DNA from: Spirochaetia bacterium | GTDB lineage: Bacteria; Spirochaetota; Spirochaetia; DSM-27196; Salinispiraceae | Direction of reading: 5' to 3' | Assembly: GCA_038204425.1 (NCBI GenBank) | Contig: JBBRCZ010000003.1 | Coordinates: 1 to 64,000 of the forward strand | Length of the DNA: 64,000 bases | Part shown: positions 49,305 through 57,761 of the stretch, piece by piece | Numbering within the stretch: the stretch's first letter is position 1 | How the letters are laid out: each line of letters opens with the position of its first letter | The notes under the pieces: model-generated | Databases searched by the model: none | What the model was told of the DNA's origin: nothing | The model's input: the letters and a program-made list of their open reading frames with translations, nothing else | Translations under genes and position numbers: made by a program

Positions 49305-50036
49305 ATGCACAAGTTTCTTGGTTTTTTCGTCTTGGTTGGTTCTGTCGTTCTGACAGGGCTAGGTGCCCAGACTCAACCTGCAAATTCGACCGATACTCGC
49401 GGTGGCAGCCTGAGCATTGAAGAGCTCTACCTCAGCCAAGATGTTGAAATTCAACTGCTTAGAGCGCAAGCGCTGTCAAGCACCCGAGAATCTAAGTTCT
49501 TGGCATTGCAGAATATCCAGTTTATGGTTGAAGACAAGAGGGTAGGCCCTGACAGCCGCGACGTTTTGCTATTGCTGGATTCGTTGGCTGGTGAAGGTGT
49601 ATATCGGGTAGTCCGCAACAGTGGTGAAGTAAACAACTATTTTCCCGATGTGCGCAGAGAAGCTGTTTCTCTTCTTGGAAAGATTGGCGGCAAAGAAGCT
49701 CTAGAAATCTTAACCAAAGTCGCAAAAGAGGACAAAGAGACCATGGTGCTTTCCGAAGCAGTCTACGCTCTCGCTTTGATTGCCAGTGACAAAGACAAAC
49801 ATGTTCTTCCGTATATTACCTACGTTATAGTGAGGAATAATGCGCGTCAAAAACCAGATGACAACTTAGCATTCGCTTGTCTGCTAGCTATCGAAAAACT
49901 GGGCAAGACCTTTAACGGGCTCAATGACCCTGATATTTTGGGTGCCTTACTTGACATAACGTCGGGTGTCTACATCCGTGACGTTCGGCTCAAGGCTATT
50001 GATGTCATTTCCAAACTACGTGGGTATCGAAGATAG
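49305..50036 (+). CDS. Exported HEAT-repeat protein
   Basis: Signal peptide; VRREAVSLLGKIGG, VLSEAVYAL; AAGGAG ribosome-binding site. Confidence 0.75.
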   Translation: MHKFLGFFVLVGSVVLTGLGAQTQPANSTDTRGGSLSIEELYLSQDVEIQLLRAQALSSTRESKFLALQNIQFMVEDKRVGPDSRDVLLLLDSLAGEGVYRVVRNSGEVNNYFPDVRREAVSLLGKIGGKEALEILTKVAKEDKETMVLSEAVYALALIASDKDKHVLPYITYVIVRNNARQKPDDNLAFACLLAIEKLGKTFNGLNDPDILGALLDITSGVYIRDVRLKAIDVISKLRGYRR

Positions 50037-50083
50037 AATAGGATCACAGAGCATCTAGATATGCACATTCAAACTGGCCGTAA

Positions 50084-50119
50084 AGGCAGCCTCAGACTTA
50101 ACTGAGGCTGCCTACTTTT
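50084..50119 (+). terminator. Rho-independent terminator
   Basis: AGGCAGCCTCAG-ACTTAA-CTGAGGCTGCCT then ACTTTT. Confidence 0.8.
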
Positions 50120-50143
50120 ATTTTAAACAGGCGATTCATTACT

Positions 50144-50800
50144 ATGAGCAAATTCCGACTAATGCTTCTTGTGTTTGGGATCTTTCTAGCAAACTTTGCC
50201 AATGTCTTTGGACTTGGTCCACAAGAGCTCTCGCGTGTTACCTTTGTCAATGAGACGGGCAACACCATAAAGTATTTGTTTGCGTCGGCAAGCGAGGCCC
50301 AGGAATGGGGCCCCGATCTATTGGGTGACAAAGAATTTATTTACGGTGACAACTTGACCTACTTTGTACATCATGAAGACGATTGTGCTCTTTTTGATTT
50401 TTACGCAATTGATTCACTAGATAACGCCTACATTATTCAGTCAGTAAAACTGTGCCAAAAGGGTGATGCGGTTATGGTAGTCACCGTCTCTGATTTTGTC
50501 GCCAGAAAAAGACATGTGCAAATTAGTCGCGTTTTTCTTACCAACGCAACAAATAGTTCACTGCAGTATGTTTTTTTTGCACCATCAAAAACGCGGCACT
50601 GGGGTTTTGACATCTTGCGTTCTGACATGAGCCTAGAACCTGGTGCAACGATTGAGTATGCAGTACCGGTTGGCACTAAGAACAGCCAATTTGACATTCT
50701 CGCTATCGCCAAAGATCGAACGCTCATTCAGCATAATCTGGAGCTTTCAGCATCCAAGCCAGCGGTTTACATTGACTTTACGGTAGAAGATCTGCACTAA
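50144..50800 (+). CDS. Secreted protein with two tandem homologous beta-rich domains
   Basis: VTFVNETG..IKYLF..EWGPDLL versus VFLTNAT..LQYVFF..HWGFDIL. Confidence 0.7.
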   Translation: MSKFRLMLLVFGIFLANFANVFGLGPQELSRVTFVNETGNTIKYLFASASEAQEWGPDLLGDKEFIYGDNLTYFVHHEDDCALFDFYAIDSLDNAYIIQSVKLCQKGDAVMVVTVSDFVARKRHVQISRVFLTNATNSSLQYVFFAPSKTRHWGFDILRSDMSLEPGATIEYAVPVGTKNSQFDILAIAKDRTLIQHNLELSASKPAVYIDFTVEDLH

Positions 50801-51455
50801 GCTTAGCAAGTATCTGCTTTGCTAAAGACAGCGCGCCACTATCAATTTCGTGTCCGCCATTGAAGCTGTACCAGGTCACCTGATGTCCAGACTCGGTTAA
50901 AAAATTCTTTAACCGCAACGCAGAATCAATAGTAAGAACCTGATCATACGTTCCATGACTTTGAAGTATTGGAAATCGGTCTTCTTTGTTTTTCAATAGT
51001 TCTTGTAATATTGGTCTGCCAAAAAGTGCACAGGAGAATAGGATTAAGGCTTTGGCTTGGATCTCTGGTTCGAGCGCAAGTCTTAGGGCCATCATTGAGC
51101 CTTGGCTAAAGCCCGCAAAAACCCAGTTTTGATGGTGGAAATCGCTGATTATTTTTTTTAACAAGAGCAAAGACTGTTCGATGCCTGGGTCATAGAGTTC
51201 ATCTAACTTGTCAAAATAGTCGCCGTTAATTGCTTGTTCTTGTTTGGCTGTATCTGACGGAAACCAAGCGAATGAGCCCGACCACATTAATGGAAAGGGA
51301 GCGTTAGGAAAGTACCAAGCAAATTGCTTGTTTGGATCGATCTCATGGGCCAATCCGATCAGATCAGCACTATTGGCACCAAAACCGTGCATCATAATAA
51401 TAGCGGTTTTGGCGGACGCATCGCCATAACTGTGACCATCAAACGGCTTTTTCAT
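50778..51455 (-). CDS. Phospholipase/carboxylesterase (alpha/beta hydrolase)
   Basis: HGFGA, GFSQG nucleophile motif, HGTYD, GGHEI. Confidence 0.9.
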   Translation of the reverse strand: MKKPFDGHSYGDASAKTAIIMMHGFGANSADLIGLAHEIDPNKQFAWYFPNAPFPLMWSGSFAWFPSDTAKQEQAINGDYFDKLDELYDPGIEQSLLLLKKIISDFHHQNWVFAGFSQGSMMALRLALEPEIQAKALILFSCALFGRPILQELLKNKEDRFPILQSHGTYDQVLTIDSALRLKNFLTESGHQVTWYSFNGGHEIDSGALSLAKQILAKLSADLLP

Positions 51456-51512
51456 TGATCTTTTTTCCTTATCTTCTTGACCCAAGTAGGCACTAGGTTT
51501 AGTTTGGTTACC

Positions 51513-51791
51513 ATGGAAGTTTTACGCCGACTAGCCATTGCGCCCATACGGTTGTACCAAAGGATCTCTTCCCATACAAGTCCGGGGCACTGTCGATACT
51601 ATCCGACTTGCTCAGAATATACCTGCCAATCTGTGCTAAAACTTGGCTTATTCAAAGGAACTCTTTTGTCCTTGGTTCGCATACTGCGATGTTCACCTTT
51701 GTTTTCTGGTGGCTACGATCCCGTTCTAGCTCGCATGAGGTGGCAATGGTTGGGAAAAAAGGTGTTGCGCGACTTCCGTCGTTATAGATGA
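51513..51791 (+). CDS. yidD: Membrane protein insertion efficiency factor YidD
   Basis: CRYYPTCSEY, RILRCSP, GGYDPV. Confidence 0.92.
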   Translation: MEVLRRLAIAPIRLYQRISSHTSPGHCRYYPTCSEYTCQSVLKLGLFKGTLLSLVRILRCSPLFSGGYDPVLARMRWQWLGKKVLRDFRRYR

Positions 51792-51846
51792 GACAGATAA
51801 ACTCAACGCTATTCCTAAAAATCATAGATTGGGCTATATTAGCTGT

Positions 51847-52827
51847 ATGACAAGAAACAGTATTCAAATTGCCAATCGACCAAACGCCAGCCGGGCAAAT
51901 GCCTTTTGGAAAAAAATAGAGCTTGCTTTAGCTTTTAGCTTAGTTTGCTTATTCAGCTTTTCTTGTGCCTTTGACAAATTGGCACTCAACATAGTTGGTG
52001 ATGCGCTGACCGGAGAAGGCAGCAATACTGTTTTCACCGGTGACGATGATTTTGAACTAGTGGCGGGCGCCTTGCCCTTTGCCATCAAATTTTATGAGTC
52101 ATTGTCATCAGCAAATCCGGATCACCAAGGTTTGCTTCGAACCACAGGTAGCATGTACATAATGTATGCAAATGCTTTTGTGCTTGGACCGTCCGAGTAT
52201 TTACCCGGAGAGCGTTATGAAGACAAACAAATTGCAGAGCTTAGAGCGGGCAAACTCTATTTGCGCGGACGCAATATGATAATTGCAGCCTTGGATAAAG
52301 TCTATCCGGGTTTTTCAAATGCCTTGCTCGATGGTGACCCACAGCCTTTTCTTGCCAAAATGGAAAAGAAGGATACTGCCGCCTTATATTGGATATGTGC
52401 AGGTTGGTTTGGTGCCTTTTCTTTGGATAACATGAACATGACGCTTTCTCTAAAGATTGGCAACGCTCTTGCTTGTCTTGATAGGGCTTACGCTCTCAAT
52501 CCTGATTTTCAAAACGGTTCGCTCGATGAACTGTATATTTCCATCAAGGCGTCCTTGCCGGCAGAACTCGGTGGATCCATGGAGCGCGCTAAGTATCATT
52601 TTGACCGAGCGATTACCTTAAGCAAAAATTTGACTGCCGGTCCGTATCTGGCTTGGGCGACCGCAGTTTATATCGGCAAGCAAGACAAAGCAGCATTTGT
52701 GGACTATATGAACACTATATTGGCCTTGGATCTTGATGCCATTCCCGAGTCGCGATTACAAAATGTAATGGCCCAAAAGAAGGCTAGATGGTATTTGGAC
52801 CATCTGGATGAATTATTTCTCGAATAA
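51847..52827 (+). CDS. tatT: TPAT (TRAP) transporter T component, lipoprotein
   Basis: Lipobox FSFSC, GALPFAIK..E.L, YANAFV, helical repeats; precedes P and QM genes. Confidence 0.8.
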   Translation: MTRNSIQIANRPNASRANAFWKKIELALAFSLVCLFSFSCAFDKLALNIVGDALTGEGSNTVFTGDDDFELVAGALPFAIKFYESLSSANPDHQGLLRTTGSMYIMYANAFVLGPSEYLPGERYEDKQIAELRAGKLYLRGRNMIIAALDKVYPGFSNALLDGDPQPFLAKMEKKDTAALYWICAGWFGAFSLDNMNMTLSLKIGNALACLDRAYALNPDFQNGSLDELYISIKASLPAELGGSMERAKYHFDRAITLSKNLTAGPYLAWATAVYIGKQDKAAFVDYMNTILALDLDAIPESRLQNVMAQKKARWYLDHLDELFLE

Positions 52828-52877
52828 TGCTCGCGGCGAAATTAAATATAGAATTTCTAAATAGGAGAAACGACAAG

Positions 52878-53891
52878 ATGACTAATGTTTTAAAATTAAT
52901 GACAGCAATGCTGTTCTTTTTTATGGTGTCGGTACTAGGTGCCCAAACCATTCAGATCAGAATTGCAACCGTAGCACCCGAAAAATCACCTTACGGTAAT
53001 GCATTGCGCAAAATGTCAGGAGAATGGGAACGCATTTCCGGCGGCAAGGTTAAGATGATTCCCTATTTCGGCGACAAGCTTGGCGACGAAGAATCAATTG
53101 TGCAGAAGATTCGTTCCAACAATTTGCAAGGCGCAATGTTAACCCTAGCTGGACTGTCCTACATCGACAAACCCCTGATCACAGTTTCGGCGCCGCTATT
53201 GATAGAAAACGATAAGCAGTTAGCCTACGTTCTAGAAACGCTTGCGCCAGAAATAGACAAACGTCTTGCTGCAAACGGCTTCATTGGTATCGCTTATAGC
53301 CCAGCTGGATGGATAAACTTTTTTGCCAAAACCAAATTTGAATTACCCTCTGATTTGAGACAGCTAAAATTGGGGATAAGCAATAAATCAAAAGAAATCT
53401 ATGCTGCCTTTCAGGCCATGAACTACAGAGTGGTGAATGTCGACGTTGCAGAGACCACCGCCAACCTGCTAACCAACCGAGCCGAGGCGATATTCACCAG
53501 TCCTCTGATAGCAGGAGCGTATAATTGGGTTGGCATAGCACGTTACATGCTCAACTTTAGAATTTCGCCATTTTTTGGCGGGCTAATTATCAATGATCGC
53601 ACATGGAACCGCATTGATCCAAGTTTGCAAAAACAGCTACTTGAATCCGCTCGAAATGTTGCTGAAAAAGAACTTGCTAATGCTTTAGAAAAACTTGAAG
53701 CCGATGGCATCAAGGCCATGGTAGCCGCAAGCGGCGGCTTAATTTTGGTCAATATTACTGACGTACAAAAAGCAGTTTGGCGCACCGAGCTCGAGGCGGG
53801 ACTGCAATCAACACTGGGCAGCGCATTTGATAGTGATATGTACAACCGAATCAAATCGATACTTGCAGATTTTAAGAAGAAGAATAAATAA
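52878..53891 (+). CDS. dctP: TRAP transporter substrate-binding protein (DctP/TatP)
   Basis: IRIATVAP..SPY, LGDEESIVQKIR. Confidence 0.85.
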   Translation: MTNVLKLMTAMLFFFMVSVLGAQTIQIRIATVAPEKSPYGNALRKMSGEWERISGGKVKMIPYFGDKLGDEESIVQKIRSNNLQGAMLTLAGLSYIDKPLITVSAPLLIENDKQLAYVLETLAPEIDKRLAANGFIGIAYSPAGWINFFAKTKFELPSDLRQLKLGISNKSKEIYAAFQAMNYRVVNVDVAETTANLLTNRAEAIFTSPLIAGAYNWVGIARYMLNFRISPFFGGLIINDRTWNRIDPSLQKQLLESARNVAEKELANALEKLEADGIKAMVAASGGLILVNITDVQKAVWRTELEAGLQSTLGSAFDSDMYNRIKSILADFKKKNK

Positions 53892-55834
53892 TGGTAGAAG
53901 CGACAGAACTCAAGATCAACCCCAATCCATTTTGGGGTTTTATGAATCGTTTTGAGCATGGTTTGGGCTTTGTTCTCTTGATGCTCTTAACACTTATCCC
54001 GGTGATTGAAGCAATATTGCGCTCTGTTTTTTTTACAGCCATACCCTACGCTCAGAACTTCTTGGACAATTTGATCATCCCTTTGACCTTTGTAGGCATA
54101 GCTCTCACCACAAAAGAGGGAAGACACCTCAGCATCAATATTGGATTGAAGGATAGAAAAGACTCGTTTGGCGAGTTTGTTCGTTTGTTTATCGATTTCG
54201 TATCTGGATTGATCATTGGTTTGTACTTCTTCAATAGCTTGGAATACGTTCTTTTGGGTTTTTCGAGCGAAGAAAAACTTTATGGCTTAATTCCGGTGAT
54301 AGCCTTTATGCTCAGTTTACCGCTATGTATGTTCATAGTTACGTGGCGAATGGTTCCCAAAAAACGCGGTAAACTGGCCATAGCCGTTTATTTTATTGGT
54401 ATTGCCTTTTCGACTATTTTTGGCATGGCGTCCATAGCAGCTGTTCTGCAAGAAGTTGCCAGCATACCAGCCTCAAGCTTTGGTCTGGAGTTTTTTGATG
54501 GTAGCTGGTGGCAGGATATGATGACCGTAGTTCGAATACCTGCTGTTATTATTCTATTGATTGCAGGAGTCGTAGGTGCACCATTGTTTTTAGTCCTAGG
54601 CGGAATCTCGGTGTTTCTATTTGGTGCCGACGGTTTTACGTTTACTGGCGCTCTGTCTGATAGTATTTCCAACCTAAAGACGAGTTCGACTCCCGCCATT
54701 GCACTGTTTACTTTTACTGGATATTTGTTGTCTGAGAGCCAAGCCTCCAAGCGCTTGATTGCACTCTTTCAAGGATTTTTGGGTCGGCTCCCTGGCGGAA
54801 TGATTATTGTGGTTGTCTTGGTCTCCGCATTCTTTACTAGCTTCACCGGTGCATCTGGCATCACTATCCTAGCACTTGGCGCCATGCTTTTTGCGATTCT
54901 CAAAGACTCGGGAAAAAACAGCGAAAGCCTGTCGATAGGTTTGATTTCCTCAAGCGGTGCGATAGGACTGATGTTCCCGCCCAGCTTGGCCATAATAATC
55001 TATGGTGCCATTCAAATGTCTTCGGTTGCCTCGGCTGGTGGAGTTCCAGCCAACATTTTGCAATTGTTTTTGGCAGGTATCTTGCCTGGACTTTTGTTCG
55101 TTGGCGGAATGATAGGTTTGGGCGTCTTTTTGTCTCGGCGCGAGCACAAGGGTATCCACTGGGAAAAGCCAGCAAAGTGGACTCGACAAGAAATGTTTGT
55201 TGCGCTCAAAGCTAGTGCTTTGGAGCTGCTTCTTCCGGTAATTATTTTAACTGTCTACTTTGCTGGTTGGGCCGGTATCGTTGAGACCGCAGCTTTTGCG
55301 GTAGTCTATACGCTCATTATCGAAGTATTTGTTAAACGAGAGATAGGATTAAAAAAGCTTATTGAAATCGCCGTTTATACGCTCATCATTTACGGTGGCA
55401 TCATGGCGATTCTTACCTTTGTTAAAGGCTTGTCGTACTACTTTGTCATTAGCCAATTTGATATCGCTTTAGTGGCTTGGGCACAAGAAACAATTCAATC
55501 GCCGCTATTGTTCTTGCTGCTTTTGAATGTCTTGTTGCTTATTGTTGGTTGCTTTATGGATATTTTTTCGGCCATTGTGATCTTTGTTCCGTTGGTTACC
55601 GGTATTGCTACGGTATTTGGCATCAACCAAGCCCACTTGGCCATAATATTCTTGTCAAATCTTTCGGTTGGATTCATCACGCCGCCAGTAGGAATGGACC
55701 TGTTTTTGTCCTCGTATCGATTTAATCGACCTATGGTTAAAATCTACAAAGATGTTTGGCCATTTGTTCTTTTGCAAATAGGTATCGTGTTTTTGATTAC
55801 TTACGTTCCTTGGTTTAGTATGGCTTTTCTATAA
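53891..55834 (+). CDS. Fused TRAP transporter small and large permease (DctQM)
   Basis: Many transmembrane segments; FTGASG, GLMFPPS, GFITPPVG. Confidence 0.88.
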   Translation: MVEATELKINPNPFWGFMNRFEHGLGFVLLMLLTLIPVIEAILRSVFFTAIPYAQNFLDNLIIPLTFVGIALTTKEGRHLSINIGLKDRKDSFGEFVRLFIDFVSGLIIGLYFFNSLEYVLLGFSSEEKLYGLIPVIAFMLSLPLCMFIVTWRMVPKKRGKLAIAVYFIGIAFSTIFGMASIAAVLQEVASIPASSFGLEFFDGSWWQDMMTVVRIPAVIILLIAGVVGAPLFLVLGGISVFLFGADGFTFTGALSDSISNLKTSSTPAIALFTFTGYLLSESQASKRLIALFQGFLGRLPGGMIIVVVLVSAFFTSFTGASGITILALGAMLFAILKDSGKNSESLSIGLISSSGAIGLMFPPSLAIIIYGAIQMSSVASAGGVPANILQLFLAGILPGLLFVGGMIGLGVFLSRREHKGIHWEKPAKWTRQEMFVALKASALELLLPVIILTVYFAGWAGIVETAAFAVVYTLIIEVFVKREIGLKKLIEIAVYTLIIYGGIMAILTFVKGLSYYFVISQFDIALVAWAQETIQSPLLFLLLLNVLLLIVGCFMDIFSAIVIFVPLVTGIATVFGINQAHLAIIFLSNLSVGFITPPVGMDLFLSSYRFNRPMVKIYKDVWPFVLLQIGIVFLITYVPWFSMAFL

Positions 55835-56570
55835 GAAAACTCTGCTGAATTAAGGCTGCGATGTAGGCAGCGGTTTGGGGCATGACGGCTAAGTCGTCAT
55901 GCCCGATTGCTGGCGCTTGTTCCAAAAGAGCAAATTTGGCTTGGCAGACCCCAGCAAAGGCTTGTGTTTGCATCCATGGGACTATTTTGTCAGCTTTGCT
56001 GGCCAAAAAAAGGGCCGGCACCGTCAAAGCACGTATAAAATCAGCGCAATGAAACCACGGTCTTTGCATTACAAAATTCTTTACAATAGGATCTTCTCTC
56101 ACCGTCTGCAAAAAGAATTGTTTGCGCAGTTTCTTTGCTACTGCCTTTCCAAAGAAACGTCTGCGAATGATCCAACGCGGCAATACTCCTTTTTGGAACA
56201 AAAAACGCAGCACTGGGCTGATGTCATTGTTCTTTCCGTTGCTGTTTTCTGTTTCGGTTATCAGACTATATGGACTGGAAATAACTACTAAACCATCAAC
56301 AAGATTCGGGTGTTCGGATGCTATTTTGGCAGCAATTATTCCACCTAGACTATGTCCTACCAAGAGTAACTTGTGGGGCTGCCTAGTTTGCAGAGACTCC
56401 AAAATAGCAGTCAGTTGCGCTTGGTTGGTGGCAAAGTCTAGCCAGTCAATGATAGGCGATATTATGCTCTGGACCATAGGCGCTAATTGTTGTTCAAATA
56501 CACTCCAAAACGTTGAGCGCACGCCGTAACCATGTACACAAAGTACTATCCATTTTGCTGCTTCTTTCAT
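55815..56570 (-). CDS. Alpha/beta hydrolase
   Basis: VHGYG, GHSLGG, D and GH of the catalytic triad. Confidence 0.8.
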   Translation of the reverse strand: MKEAAKWIVLCVHGYGVRSTFWSVFEQQLAPMVQSIISPIIDWLDFATNQAQLTAILESLQTRQPHKLLLVGHSLGGIIAAKIASEHPNLVDGLVVISSPYSLITETENSNGKNNDISPVLRFLFQKGVLPRWIIRRRFFGKAVAKKLRKQFFLQTVREDPIVKNFVMQRPWFHCADFIRALTVPALFLASKADKIVPWMQTQAFAGVCQAKFALLEQAPAIGHDDLAVMPQTAAYIAALIQQSFLIEKPY

Positions 56571-57616
56571 GAGTCGTCATCACCAAAATCAACAATAATC
56601 TTGCCTTTTGCATGGTGGCTTTTGGCGTAAGTGATGGCCTCTATGGCTTGTGCTTGTTTCCAAACTGAGTCGAGACAGGGGACCACCATACTGTTAGCTA
56701 GCCATTCAATGCATTGGCGCAGTAGTTTGACCGAAGGTGCCGCCAAAACTAAGTTGAGCCTGAGGCCCAAAAGGCCAAAGTAGAAACTTTTTAATAGAGT
56801 TTTGGCGATCAGTTTGTTTTCTACGCTGATCGGCAGGTAGGAAATAAGTCCTTTTGACACGAGTAGTCTGATCGCCTTTTTGTTGCAAGCAAGAAAATCG
56901 ATTAAAGTGCCTCCCTGGCAATCAAACAGAATGTTAGCCATATGCTCTTGGCTTGGCTGGACCTGCAAGATGGATTGCACTAGCTCTATCGGGATTTGAT
57001 TCTTGTAGTCGTAGCAGGTGCTGACTCCCAAACCATAAAGCCAAGCATGCTTCGATTCGGAAGCTACCGCTATAACTTGCTGTCCTTGGGCAACAAGCAT
57101 TTGAACCAGTAGATGGCCGACGCCACCACCTGCGCCCCAAACTATGCAGCGACATCTTTTTTGCATCAGCTTTTTTTGACTTGCGACTGCACGCGCCACG
57201 GTTAGACCGGCGGCGGGCAGGGCGGCTGCCTTATGGGTAGAAACGTGGTCAGGCACAAAGCAAAGCTGGTTTTTGGCGACGAGAAGGTAGTTACAGAAAC
57301 TTCCCCTACTGAGCGGGTTTACCATGCCGCAGATTCGTTTACCCAGCAGGGCTTGGTCGACCTTATTCCCTATTGCAACGATAGTTGCGCAAAAATCACT
57401 GCCAAAAACACGGTAACCGCGTCGACCAAAACTGCACACGTAGCGTTGCTGACCAGCTAGGATCTTCCAGTCAACTGGGTTTATAGATACTGCGGTAACT
57501 TTGACCAAAACTTGATTGGATTTGGGTTTAGCAATGCTAATATCTTGCCAAAAAAGCTCAGTCGACGGACCCCATGCTCTGTAAATCAAAGCCTTGTTGT
57601 TGCTTGTGTTGCACAT
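56567..57616 (-). CDS. NAD(P)-dependent oxidoreductase, MDR/quinone-oxidoreductase-like
   Basis: SINPVDWK, GAGGGVGH, HAKGKIIV; start inferred from promoter spacing. Confidence 0.8.
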   Translation of the reverse strand: MCNTSNNKALIYRAWGPSTELFWQDISIAKPKSNQVLVKVTAVSINPVDWKILAGQQRYVCSFGRRGYRVFGSDFCATIVAIGNKVDQALLGKRICGMVNPLSRGSFCNYLLVAKNQLCFVPDHVSTHKAAALPAAGLTVARAVASQKKLMQKRCRCIVWGAGGGVGHLLVQMLVAQGQQVIAVASESKHAWLYGLGVSTCYDYKNQIPIELVQSILQVQPSQEHMANILFDCQGGTLIDFLACNKKAIRLLVSKGLISYLPISVENKLIAKTLLKSFYFGLLGLRLNLVLAAPSVKLLRQCIEWLANSMVVPCLDSVWKQAQAIEAITYAKSHHAKGKIIVDFGDDDS

Positions 57617-57670
57617 AGCACCATAGTAGTTCTTAGCAGCTTTCAACTCAATATAATACGGTAATTCGGT

Positions 57671-57690
57671 GTATCATGATATATTGATAT
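57671..57690. promoter_or_regulatory. Palindromic operator-like site upstream of metH
   Basis: GTATCATGATATATTGATAT, an imperfect 20-bp palindrome with TATCA..TGATA arms. Confidence 0.5.
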
Positions 57691-57761
57691 GCTTGGTGAC
57701 ATGTGTTATCTTATATCTGATCAATGTGCTAAGCTAGCCATGGTTACTAGGGGGAAGCAAC

